A DNA stretch of 64,000 nt, from NCBI GenBank assembly GCA_001949185.1, contig BDGG01000006.1:850827-914826 (forward strand). Reading direction: 5' to 3'. The stretch is from Ramazzottius varieornatus (lineage: Eukaryota; Animalia; Tardigrada). The stretch's first letter is position 1. Each line of letters opens with the position of its first letter. The notes beneath the pieces were generated by a model. The model did no database searches, was not told the origin of the DNA, and worked only from the letters and a program-made list of their open reading frames with translations. Of this stretch, positions 1 to 10,833 are shown piece after piece. A program made the translations under genes and the position numbers.

Positions 1-623
1 TGGCCACATTGCGGTTTCCCATGGGCAATCAAAGTTTAACATCTATCATACTGATTGCTCCGGTTGATTGAGATGATTTTTGATTTAGGGTCAGTTTGGT
101 AAGGATTGTTGACTTCGGTTGATTCTTGATTGAATTCTTGAAAATACCGTAGTTTCACCAGGGTGGGTTTTACTTTTACGGTTTACCGCGTAACTGTTCA
201 GCTGTTCTGTTTCCGCCACTTTTGCTTGCTCATGCCTGTGGCCCTGTATACCTGACGACCTCTTTCTTTCGGTAAAACATTGCTGAGATTTATCTGAGAG
301 TTGTCAAGGACAGCGAGGCCCAACATGGAGAAAGTTGATCGTGGATGGCAAGCGACCACCAAGAAGATACGAGATCGGATGAGACGTATGTACGAATCCA
401 TGGCTGCTTTTCCACCCGACATTGTCTTCAGAGTAGGACGCAGAGGAGAGAAAGTGGAGGATATCGGCGCTCACAAGTAAGGTCCGAATCTGTCTGTATG
501 TGGCTGCGCAGTGACGTTTTCGTAGCGCGGGAAGCTTTGGCTCGATTGGCATATTACAGCGACGACTGGCTTAACACTCGGCCATGGAGGCGCATGACGT
601 CATGAGCCACCCCATGTTAGGCC

Positions 624-1074
624 CAGAGCATACAACCGTTCCCAATTTTGGAAACCAAACGGACTAATTCCAAAACTTTCAAAGCGGAACCGAGCGGCAA
701 AATTCTCGTATGAGCACGAGTGAAATTGCGGAAAAAAACTGACGGTAAAAACTGAACGGAAAAAACCCTGCGAAAAGTATTTTGTACTAGCAGAGCTCAC
801 ATCAATAGTGGTCATTTTTATCGTCAGATCGCAGTGTCTTGATGCTCTGGCTCGATTTGAGGCTGAGCTTGTCATTTGCTTTTAAGGTTAATAAAGTTGT
901 ATGTTATCCATAGTAACAAAGTCAGCCATTTTTGAGCGGAACAGACGGAGCACTTGTAGGCCGAAAACCAAACGGACAGAAGCGGAAAAAATTTGCCTTT
1001 TCGAAAACGGAAGCGGACCAAAACTTCCGTCAGTTCCGGTTCGGTTCCGCCTAGCGGACCATTTTTATGCTCTT
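624..1074. mobile_element. Non-autonomous hAT-type MITE in BTB intron 1
   Basis: Perfect 8-bp target-site duplication GTTAGGCC (616-623, 1075-1082); TIR CAGAGCATA/TATGCTCTT; many subterminal AACGGA/CGGAA motifs. Confidence 0.8.
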
Positions 1075-1282
1075 GTTAGGCCATTTGGCTCTTGACATCA
1101 TTCGCTACTTAGACGGGCTGTCACTGTTACTTGCTGCATGTCCAAATGTTCAGTGTTGTGCAGCCGGTTAACTGCTCTTTCGTTAGGCTTATCCTTGCTG
1201 CAGGAGGCGAGGTGATGTACGCCATGTTCTACGGACTGATGGCAGAAAAGAAAGCAAAACGAGTCATCAAGATCCCGGATCC

Positions 1283-1642
1283 GTTATTGCTTTATTCAAA
1301 CAAATAACTTTTTCTTCAGAAGAAGACCACAATGAAACAGGAAACTAAATCAAAATCAACAAGTTACGTGGACACGGTTCTTCCCTTCCCAAGATTCAAA
1401 ACGTAAAATATTTTTTCGAGTCCTTTAGTCTTCGCAGTACCCATAACACAAAAAGTATTACCTCGCTGTATGTCAAGAGACAAGAGCTGTTTGCAATATT
1501 GAAGATATCTGGTCTCAAAAGAAAACTCAACAAGCTTCTTCCTGATCGCGTTGATCAATTCCGTCGCTGCAGGTCCCCAAGATCCGAAGGTCTCGAATCC
1601 CAAAGGAACGAAGAGGTACTGTGAAGCGATGCCTTGATATTT
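1283..1642 (-). mobile_element. 5'-truncated non-LTR retrotransposon (CRE-like, restriction-like endonuclease C-terminus)
   Basis: ORF 1364-1657 has KY..FVPLGFETFGSWG..A.ELI..I..YCKQLLSLDIQRGN..VMGT, typical of the RLE C-terminus. AATAAA lies near the minus-strand 3' end at about 1290-1295. The element sits inside a BTB exon. Confidence 0.75.
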
Positions 1643-4218
1643 CCACCGGCATTCCAAATGATGTTACGGTGAATATTCCGATTTGCTACCACCTTTTACC
1701 TTCCATGCTGCACTCCTTTTGCGCTTGATAATTTGCTGCTGTTCCACTCAGTTTCCTCTATACGGATCGGATAATACCTACACCTGCCGGTAGCACCCCT
1801 GTGGAGTATGCCCGGTTATTTTTCCGCACAATGGACTGCACCCGGAAGTACGACATTCCCGAGCTGTACTTAGCCTGCCATTCGTGGCTTATCTCTATGA
1901 CTAACAGCCACAAAGACTCACTAGACCAGATGTGCACGACGATTCTAACCGAAGTGAGAATCGGGAGCGGGGCAAACACAATCGGCAAGATTCCTTTCTA
2001 AGCGGCGGACGTTTCTGGTGTTATTGGCTGGCAGCGTGCGCCACCGGGAAAAATGATTCTGATGGGTTTGTGTGCCGCGCTCGCTGTTTTATTATTCGTG
2101 CTTGTTTTTGCGCATTCAGGGTAACACGCATTTTACTTTTCAGGCACTGGTAATGCGTGATCTGGACCTGGTGGAAGCCTGTTACAACGGCCCAGTGAAG
2201 GTACGCGACACGGAATCTCGCCAAATGCGCTCAATAAGACTGTTTTTCGAAATGGCGTACGCTTACAGTGCTACCGGCCGGAAGCGTGCATCACTTGAAA
2301 AAACAGTCTTGTCGAGCTTGTTTGATTCACCGAGTGGCGCATGTTCTCAGCCCACAACACTGGAAACCCGCGCCACTGGGGAAAAATGATCGTGCCGAGC
2401 TCATAATTATATTCTTCCCAAGTGGTGTACACGTTGAGTGTTACTAGCCGGAGCCGTGCGCCACTTGCAAAAGCGAGTTACCGTATCAGGCAGTAATGTC
2501 TACACGCAAATTCCGAATCAAATTGAAATTCGGTGCGCGGAAGACCTTCGTTTCGTAGGCTGGGTTTATGACATTGGAAGAGTCCCAGATGGTCTTCAAG
2601 AAGCAATTCACTCCTGGTTCTGTTGAAGTCAGCCCCTTCAACAGTGAGAAGCGAAAAGATTACGAGGGTGAGAATGGCGACGATGTGCTGATCTCCGTGG
2701 TAGTCTGCCCCGAAGAAGAGACGCACGAATGTACGTTTGTTCCCAGCACTTTCATTTCTCCATTCGGAAACACCACGAAGCAAAATATTACCCGTTTCGC
2801 CGTTTCCGTGATCTAGTCAATTCAGGCTACGCCTTCATGCTAAGCTACGGTGGTGTTCAGTTCGATGTTGATTCTCGTTTTGAGCAGTCAGACGCACAGA
2901 CGGAATTCGTCAAGCGAATACTGGCAGACGCGTCAGAAGCGAAATACTTGGTGGCGGGTGATGTGGCGATATCGTATGATGAGAAAACGAAAGGTCCGAT
3001 ACTGCAGGTGGTGAAGGATCCGATGTTCACGCCGGATGGTTGGAAAGCTTTAGGTCGGGTCTCCAGTCATCGGCAACACGCCAGGCAGTTGCTGAAGGCG
3101 GCGGGAAGGATGAGGGAGTGTAGTCCGAAGATGGTGGTGTACCACCAACGTGGTGATCCTGACGAGCATGAGGAGGAAGAATCAGAGGACGAAGGAAATG
3201 TCTTGCTGATGGCCATGGCTCCAAATATTTAACAGTCAAGTTTTTACCTGTTAGGTAGTTGTGCTGAAGAAACGGGCGGTACTTGGATACGAAGTTGGTA
3301 GAGCCGTACTTTGCCGCTCCTCTTCCTCTTTCCTGCACCTTTGATCTACAAACTTGTCTTTGACATTTTCTTCGTTTCTTGGCGTAGTGTGAGGTACAGT
3401 ACACGCACGACGGGAAGTTATGGGGCCATTAAGAACTATGGGACCAGGCCTTTTCGCTACGGCGGTAAGGAAACACGTACGTACGTGACCGATTCATAGT
3501 AATGCACTTTTGGACACTTTTCTACGGTCGAATTTTCATTTTGCCGTCTTTTCCGCCTGTTCCCGTATTTTTTACTGGTCCTATACACTGACAAGGGATT
3601 TACGCCAGTCGGTCCACTCCAACTCTAAAAGCAATAAGATGGAAAAATAGAAAAGAAAGCCCGATGTTGACCCATGTCACGATTACAAGCGCGTTCTGCT
3701 AACTACTGTCTGACTTTCGCAACACGGAGCCAAAAACACGGGTATTTTGAGGTTCGTAGGGTTGAATACAACCAGTTGATTTGCTGATTTGGTCAAAAGA
3801 AAGTCACGTGGTCGGAAAGATGAAACTCTGGTCTTTACAAAGACGTTCGAGTTATGCAAATCGCGTGAAAGTGAAGGAAGTTATGAATTTTGACTGAAAA
3901 TATAGGGTGGACAGATACTTATGGGGCCCAGTGCAATTTCCCATCTTGCGTGTACGTGCAATAATAATCGTTTCGCCCTCTGGCGAATACATCACGATGT
4001 TGTTTTTTGTGATGGCCCCTCAAGGCGTTTCAGTTCCTGCGGAAAATTCAACTGTATTTCTTATCGGCAGCCAGTGCTCATAAATGCTGAAACTTTTTCA
4101 GAGACGATCAAATTTCTCACACAGGTGACTGTAACAGTGTAGCAAAGTGCGTTTGAATTGCGCAGTTCTGATGCAAGCAGCTTTACACTCTACATTGTTA
4201 CACCATACCGTGGCCAAA

Positions 4219-4861
4219 ATGCAGTCGGAATACTTACCTTTGGGGACATGGCACCAAGAAGGACTGGATCCTAACGGTGCAGCGTTTCTTCGCTACATCG
4301 GTGGGCTTTCAGCGTCATCATTGTCAAGCCTCTAATTCAATGCCTGCGCTCACTTTCCTTTGATAACTAATTTTGTAGGCCAGAAGGAGGAAGTAGCAAA
4401 CCTCTATTCAAGTCATCCCGTTGACCTTACCTTCTCCAAACTTCCGGATGGTCGCTACAACATGAACATCACGCAGAAGCCGATCAACCGAAGCCAGGAT
4501 ATTCCCTTCACCCTCGACGAAGAAAATGTCAACCGGCATCAGAGCGGGAAAACCATCACGGTAAATTCCAGCGGCACATTGACATTGTCATTCTGCAGAG
4601 CCAATGGTAAGCATTACAGACGATTTTCCACTGGGACCCGCAAACCTCCACTCTGCAAAGCCAGACGTCCAGCAACGACGGTCTATCGTGGACTATCGAC
4701 TACCATTTTGTTGGCTATACCCTCACTATGGTGCGTACAGTACTGCAAACTAAACTGGTGGAGTGAACGTGAGGACGATAACAAAACGGTAGCTTCTTTT
4801 ACAGACAAGGACAGCCCCCTCTGTCCAGTCCGTTGTTCGGCACGTTTACGTACCTTCCTAG
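4219..4861 (+). CDS. Divergent fatty-acid-binding protein (FABP/iLBP)-like protein, 4 exons, about 143 aa
   Basis: Exons 4219-4300, 4379-4560, 4620-4730 and 4805-4861 are in phase. The protein has GTW near the N-terminus, AFLRYIG, FTLDEE and TLTM..VRHVY. The three introns (phases 1,0,0) match the classic FABP gene layout. Confidence 0.7.
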
Positions 4862-5306
4862 TGACACTTGGGCCACATTTGGTGTTGTCGCCGGATTCTT
4901 CGTCTCTGGGTTTCATCGTAATGTCGTGCTTTGGAATTAATTGGTGAGCTCGGCAAACAAACTCGACAAAGTTGCCATCTCAAGTGGCGCACGCTGGCAC
5001 TACCTTTTGCCGAAGGTGTGCGCTACTTGGAAAAGGATCTTGTCGAGTTTCTTGGCTGAGCGCCCAATTACTGAAACTTCTGGACTTAAGTTTGGCAAGT
5101 AGGTATCCTGGTGATATGTTTTGGGAGTGTAAATCTCCGTCAGTCGTTTGTCCTCGTTTTCTTGTTCAGAGACTGTACGAAAAGAGTTATAGATCAATTA
5201 TCAGTAATAATCCGCCGAACTTGGACTTTTTAGTTTTGTGATACTCCTATCAGAGCTCGGGGATATTGTTACTTCCAGGAGAAAACTATCTGTATTATCA
5301 GAGAGG

Positions 5307-5528
5307 ATGGCCAGAATTTTACTTTCAGTCTTCGCTTTCTGCCTCATATCGTGCTGCTACTTGGCTGTGCTAGTTCAGGCCTACCCACCCAATATGGGAT
5401 ACTATGGATATGGTAGCTGGATGCAGACTTACACCGCCCCTACTCAGCCACCCGCTCCCACCGCAAAGATTGCAAAACCATCCAGAGCGAAACTGAATTC
5501 TTTCGGCGGCGGCGACTTAGCATTTTGA
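5307..5528 (+). CDS. Intronless small secreted peptide (73 aa; Tyr/Gly then Pro/Thr/Lys-rich)
   Basis: Signal peptide MARILLSVFAFCLISCCYLAVLVQA, then YPPNMGYYGYGSW..PTQPPAPTAK; signal resembles those of the two neighbouring genes. Confidence 0.65.
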   Translation: MARILLSVFAFCLISCCYLAVLVQAYPPNMGYYGYGSWMQTYTAPTQPPAPTAKIAKPSRAKLNSFGGGDLAF

Positions 5529-5902
5529 CATGTAATACGTAAGATATCCCATAGTCATTCCAGTCTTGTTACATATTCTTGTTGCATCTCTGATGTTGTT
5601 ACAGTCATACAGATTGTTTCTTAGCGGTCCGTCAAAACAAAACATCAATTTCACAAAAGGAAAATTGATCTTTACTGGTTGATTGGTCGATCTTTACTGG
5701 CAGTGCCAATACCTCAGTAAGTTCTTTGGAAGGACTTGGTCGACCAGCTTTCCGACCTTCGTTCCCCAAGAACAGGAGCATAGCAGTAACTTGGTCGCAG
5801 GAGTTCGAAGCTGAATTTCCACATTCTTTCATTTCGGTAATATTTCTGCTGAACGTGTATTATCAGAACTCTTTTGAACATATACTACCAACATGTACTA
5901 GA

Positions 5903-6268
5903 ATGACCAAATTTACGCTCGTGGCCTCAGGGCTGTGTCTCGTTCTGTGCTGCTTCCTGGTGGAGGCGGTTCGTGGTGACCCACGGGTAGAGAGGCTGAA
6001 GAACCGACAAACTTGGCAAAAGACAACCTGGTACACTCCAAAGCCCACGCAAGAACGGACCTGGAGAACTTTCCAGCCAGTCATCCGGCCCATATATCCA
6101 AAGCCACCACGACCCCAGCCACCACGACCTCAACCCCAACCTCCGCAACCTAATAACTGGCGAACCACCACCGTCAACTATAGACCATGGACTAGTCGTT
6201 TTGGATATGAATATCCCACTCTTGGCCCATTGTACAAACAGAAAAACAAGCAGAACTCCTGGCACTAA
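5903..6268 (+). CDS. Intronless secreted cationic Pro/Arg/Trp/Thr-rich peptide (121 aa)
   Basis: Signal peptide MTKFTLVASGLCLVLCCFLVEAVRG; mature part has PKPPRPQPPRPQPQPPQP and several Trp; AATAAA at about 6415. Confidence 0.75.
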   Translation: MTKFTLVASGLCLVLCCFLVEAVRGDPRVERLKNRQTWQKTTWYTPKPTQERTWRTFQPVIRPIYPKPPRPQPPRPQPQPPQPNNWRTTTVNYRPWTSRFGYEYPTLGPLYKQKNKQNSWH

Positions 6269-6542
6269 CGAACGATGGGAGATTGATGTATTCTTTTGTA
6301 CATTGCATCGGAAATATTTTTGTGTGACGTGTGGACTTTTCTAGTTCTGGTTCGAAGTTCCCTGTACTTCACGAACTGCGAAGAGTTGGTGTGTTGCCTG
6401 GACAAATATAGAGAAATAAAAAGAGACCTGGGCAGAGTCGTTCTCGACTGTAGCGCTCTTTGCCAACAGTAAAGCCGGGACGATCAGCAAGAGACACTTC
6501 CTGGGCCATGCATTAGACCATTTGCGAAAACGCAGAATCCTG

Positions 6543-6775
6543 TTATCAGGCCGAGCGAAGCGAGGCCCTTTTAAGTCTGTCGAGATATCAGTGGACGATC
6601 AGATTGTTCGAGCTTTCACATATCGCAAACTCTGTACTGAAAACAAATGCGTAACTTGATCCGGGCAACAGAAATTGTTTACTCGCAACTGCAACGTAAC
6701 GCAGTAGAAATGTGTGGCCTATAATCTTTTACCTCCTTCGCTCGGCCTTCCCAGTGGTCAGAACCACTAGCTAGT
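6543..6775 (+). mobile_element. Non-autonomous Helentron/DINE-1-like element
   Basis: 13-bp subterminal inverted repeat AGGCCGAGCGAAG (6548-6560) / CTTCGCTCGGCCT (6736-6748); 3' stem-loop AGTGGT-caga-ACCACT (6753-6768) followed by CTAG; no TSD seen. Confidence 0.65.
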
Positions 6776-7114
6776 GGCAAATAAGTTATGGTAATCCATG
6801 TTGAAAGCCTGTGAACGTACGACTTTTGTACGTAACACGATTTGCTATAACAGAATTCTGCATTTCCGCTATTGCTTTATTAACACTTTTCAAGGTGGTT
6901 TGGGCACCCGGTCCCCCGGAGGAGTTCAGCGAATCATAGCAACAGGTGCACTGACGGATGGATTTTCTATAGTGTCGCGCATTTCGTTTGACATAAAAAC
7001 CGTCAACATTATTTTTTTGACAGAAAAGACCATTTTGTGATATTCGATCAAGTTACTGTACCACCCCGATCGTCAGTCCGATACATAACACACACTTGTA
7101 CTATTGATAGAAGA

Positions 7115-7375
7115 ATGAAGAGTCTTGTGCTTGCCATGTTGTGGTGCGTCCTACTGTGTTGTTTCCTGGCAGAGCCGACGCAGGGCTCTGAAAGTGCATA
7201 TGGATGGAGGACGACCTAAAAGACCCCCAGAAGGACTGAGAGGACCACCAGATACGTCCCTGCATGGTACAATAACTGGCGAACCGTCACCACCACCCTC
7301 AACTATTATGCTATCAAAAGGACAATCCTCAATCCTTTTGCCAACATGTACGGACCACTAGGAAAAGGAAGATGA
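7115..7375 (+). pseudogene. Paralogue of the 5903-6268 secreted peptide with an in-frame TAA (7217-7219)
   Basis: Signal MKSLVLAMLWCVLLCCFLAEPTQG. The frame continues after the stop as KTPRRTERTTRYVPAWYNNWRTVTTTLNY..MYGPLGKGR*. It shares AATAACTGGCGAACC..TCAACTAT with 6152-6181. Confidence 0.7.
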
Positions 7376-7755
7376 CCGAGACAGCCTTTCCCTGCTTGGT
7401 TATGACATGATTTCTTTCAATGATGCTTTTGGAGCGGTTTTGAGCTTTTCGAACGAGCCAGCAGAACAACATCTGTTGTTTTCTGCTATTCAATCATTGT
7501 GCTTTGTAAAATGTGCCAAGATTACAAAAAACCAAGACGAGAAGAACGTCAGTAAAAACTTTAGAAATCTACAGTAGGCGAATCACGGAGATGTATTGAT
7601 ATATGCTCAGGAGAGATGGTGAAAGTCTAATTACTGGGGAGAGCAACTTGAATCTAGGTTTAGGAACTAGTTTAGGAGCCGCAAACCAGAAATGGACTGT
7701 ACACTAGCAAAGCAATAGATTCTCCCGCTCGATTGAAGGACTTGAGGACTCTTGC

Positions 7756-10155
7756 TCAGTTATCGCCTCCGCCGTTGATTCTCAAGGGCTTCTCTTTAGA
7801 CTGCAGAGCAGCTTCCACCTTTGGTTTCAGTGCGGTTATCTTGTTGGCAAGATCGTCAAAGTCGTAGTGCTTGTTCTTGTCAGCGACTCCTCCCATGTGC
7901 GACGACTAAAGATAGAAATCATGCACTGAACAAACGTACCAAATCCCTATCTCAAGTGGCTCCCATTTGCATTGTTGTTTGCTGGTAATGTGCGCCAGTT
8001 AATATAAATATCCTGGGTGGCGCACGCTCTCGTTGGTATCGGCTGGAGGCGTGCGCCGCTCGAGATGAAGATATACTAAATAAAGTTTCTTACCGGCATC
8101 TGTTTGCCTTTTCGGTCCTTATTATCTCCGCAGATCTTGAGGAACTTGTCGTAGTCCTGGAGGAAGTTTCTGAAGATAAACTGACGGAAAGCTTCGGGCA
8201 TCTGGCTGGGCTGCGTAAAGGTGCGCTGGTCGCCACCAGCTTTCGAAGAGGCGGGCACCGGTGTGGGGGAACCAAGCGCGATGCTCACTTGACTGATCAC
8301 CTATAACAGAAAAGCAAGAACGTTATCCGCCGAGAGAAAATTCATACACGGAAGAGAACTTACGGCAACCCGGAGAGTTTCATGGCGAATCACGAGATTA
8401 TAGTTGAGAGATTCCTTCGACGTTTCCGGTATCTTTTCGAAGCCAGGTTCATTTCGATATGGGTGCTCACTAAAGACACCGGAAAATGATAGACAGTCTA
8501 TGGGTAGGATAGCAAAGCACAGAGATAAGATGGGACCTCGGCAAACAAGACTGTTTTCTCCAGCGGCGTATTTCTCGGCATTGTGAACTGAAATCGTGCG
8601 CCATTTGGACAAAAAACGGTCTTGTGAGTGGTTTGCCGAGATTCGAGTCAGTCTCTCGCCGCCACCTTACCACATTAGGCTTTGAATGGACAAAAGAAGG
8701 CTGGAAATGTTGAGCGCCGGGCTCCATTGAGGACCCGACCACGTTCTGGAAAGCAACCAGAAAAAAACCAGCAGTCAAAGGAGCTATTCTAGATAAACGA
8801 ATAAATTTAGGTGAGCCCAAATATGCAAGACTTACCCCAGTAAGCTCAGGCACACCTTGCCGTTTGCATAAAGATTGGGATTGAACCTCACGGTATTGTC
8901 GCCAGTGGTCAGCAGTCGTACTCGCGGACTGCTGATGGGATAATCGGGCGGACAACGGACGTAAAACTGGAAATAACCTGAAAGCATCGCAAAGTAAAGT
9001 CCTTGCTCATCGCGGAAGAGATGGTAAATGAGACTCACCTCCATCGTAGGGAGTTCCTTCGGGGCCTTTGATTAGTGCCAACATCCGCGTGATGTCGTTC
9101 TCATTGGCATGAACGACAATACCCTATGGACAACAGACAGACAGCTTCGCAGCGCACAACATTCCAAACGTAAACTCTGATTGGAGGACTTACCGGAATA
9201 GTATCGGTGTAGAGACTGTGGATATCCCGAGCGACACGGCCCAGGCAGAGATCGCTGGGCTTCGTGGCGTCCCAGTCGCTGGACGACGAAGGGTCCCAGT
9301 GTCGAGCGTGACCGGCCAGCGCCGCCGACATGGACTGTGAGAAGGTCGGCTTGTCTGAGCCTGATGAACCGGGCGAAGAGCCTGAAGTTGCACCTGCAAC
9401 AACAAGCAACATGATGAACGCATGGGCCTCCCCTTCGTTAGATAACGCAGCCAACCAAGTGCATCGGTAAATTATCACTGTAGCAATCAGACTTACAAAC
9501 AGCACGACCGGGCGAAGATATACTTGATATACTGGTAACACATAAACAAGCTAAGCAGCGCATGACGTCAACAGCGTACGTTATAAAAAGGCGCCCTGTG
9601 ACGTTGGGCACCCCGCGTGACGTCATCCACCAAGTCACAGTGTAAAAGATATCCATAAAAAAACTCCAGTTCCTGTGTTTCTTTCGGGCTTGATTCGTCT
9701 TAGAAAGGAAGCTTACTGTGCGGTTGCAGTCCAGCATGATGGAGGAGGGCTTGAGCAGCTGCGATGGTGGACTGGGCAGCAGCGAGGAAAGGGTTATTGC
9801 TGACGGATGGAGTGGTAGTAGCAGGACTCGCTGCAGAAGCAGCCTGCAGAGATGTCTGATACTCGTACGCGCTCATCACCTGCGTGTTGGCGTTGACCCC
9901 GATGGGTAGTCCCATGTTGCTGTTGAGGTGTGCGGTAACTTGAGCTGGAAGGTTGACAGAAGGCAAGGTGGAAGTGCCATTGATGCTGCCGGAACTTCCG
10001 GAGACGGCGTGGTTGAAGTCAGAGATGGCTTGATTGACGTCAGCTTGATTGGCTCCGTACACCGGATCGTCGTCAAAGGGGAAGTAGTCGTCATCTTCAG
10101 GCCCATCTTCCGCCATCTCGTAGTCCTCATCAGCGTAATCATGCTCGTCCGCCAT
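7756..10155 (-). CDS. UBE2Z: Ubiquitin-conjugating enzyme E2 Z-like (USE1), multi-exon
   Basis: [64 protein letters not shown] (catalytic Cys) and [25 protein letters not shown] match UBE2Z. Long acidic/Ala-rich exon 1 starts at ATG 10155; stop at 7756-7758. Confidence 0.9.
9563..9625. promoter_or_regulatory. CRE/ATF site cluster with a TATA-like box in UBE2Z intron 1
   Basis: Perfect TGACGTCA at 9563-9570 and 9618-9625, TGACGT half-site at 9599, TATAAAAA at 9582-9589. Confidence 0.4.
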
Positions 10156-10833
10156 CCTCGACAGGCTGGCCTCAGGCGTGCACAAGACAGTACGCTTTCA
10201 CGACCAGGATCTGCAAAGATACGAACTGAATTCAGTTGCAGACTGTAAAACGGACCCACGTCCAGTCTGTAAAGTATCCAGCGTTGGGAGAATGCGCAGA
10301 TGTCTTACCTCGTGGATTGTTCCGGGCTCGCAGGGAGCATCGAGGATAAGGAGATGAAGAACAACTAGAATATGCGGAGTGGCCGAGTGGGAGTCGAGAC
10401 ACGGGCCTCGGGGGAATGTGGGAAAAGCAAAACAAGCAAAGTGACAATGTGACATCATCCAGCTATACCGTCGGTCATAATTTCGGGAAAATTTGAGTAC
10501 TCTGTCCGCACAGACTCGTTTGATTGGTTTGTTTGCTACCCATGCTCCAGTTTTGTTGTCATCTCTTCCGCGTTTCCGATTGTTCCACAACACTTTGTCG
10601 TCGGACAATCTGTGATATGGCTCCACTAAAGACGTCACAAAGCACAGAGAGCATAAGGAAACACATGAGTGACAAGGCTCAAAGGAGGATGGACAAAACT
10701 TGAAGCTAAGAGGTAAGAAAGAAGTCAAAGAAGATATCATTGCCAAGGTATGCGTAACGAAAAAGAAGAGTAAAAGAGGTGTACGTACAGCATGAAGGAA
10801 AAAACGGGTTCAACTAACGCAAAAACTGACATA

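Larger units (their letters stand above)
325..3232 (+). pseudogene. BTB(POZ)/BACK-type protein gene (BTBD1/2/3/6-like N-terminus), exon 2 interrupted by a retroelement
   Basis: Exons 325-476, 1187-1282+1643-1668, 1752-1953, 2144-2200, 2559-2730 and 2826-3232 join in phase at GT-AG sites. They give WQATTKKIRDRM..DIVFRVG..IGAHKLILAAGGEVMYAMFYG..IKIPD/PPAFQMMLRFLYTD..RKYDIPEL, which follows the BTB consensus. The insertion at 1283-1642 introduces a stop. Confidence 0.8.

Noticed and set aside
2230-2475. Palindrome arrays as CRISPR repeats or integron attC sites
   Set aside because: The context is eukaryotic introns, the spacers are homologous to each other rather than unique, and there are no cas, integrase or cassette genes.
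4947-5070. GTGGCGCA core as a tRNA/7SL A-box (SINE) or a CTCF motif
   Set aside because: No B-box, cloverleaf or tail was seen, and only the 3' half of the CTCF consensus matches. The dyad symmetry is not explained by either.
7217-7219. Alternative genetic code or stop reassignment
   Set aside because: Conserved genes in the window have no in-frame stops, and other ORFs end at ordinary TGA/TAA/TAG.
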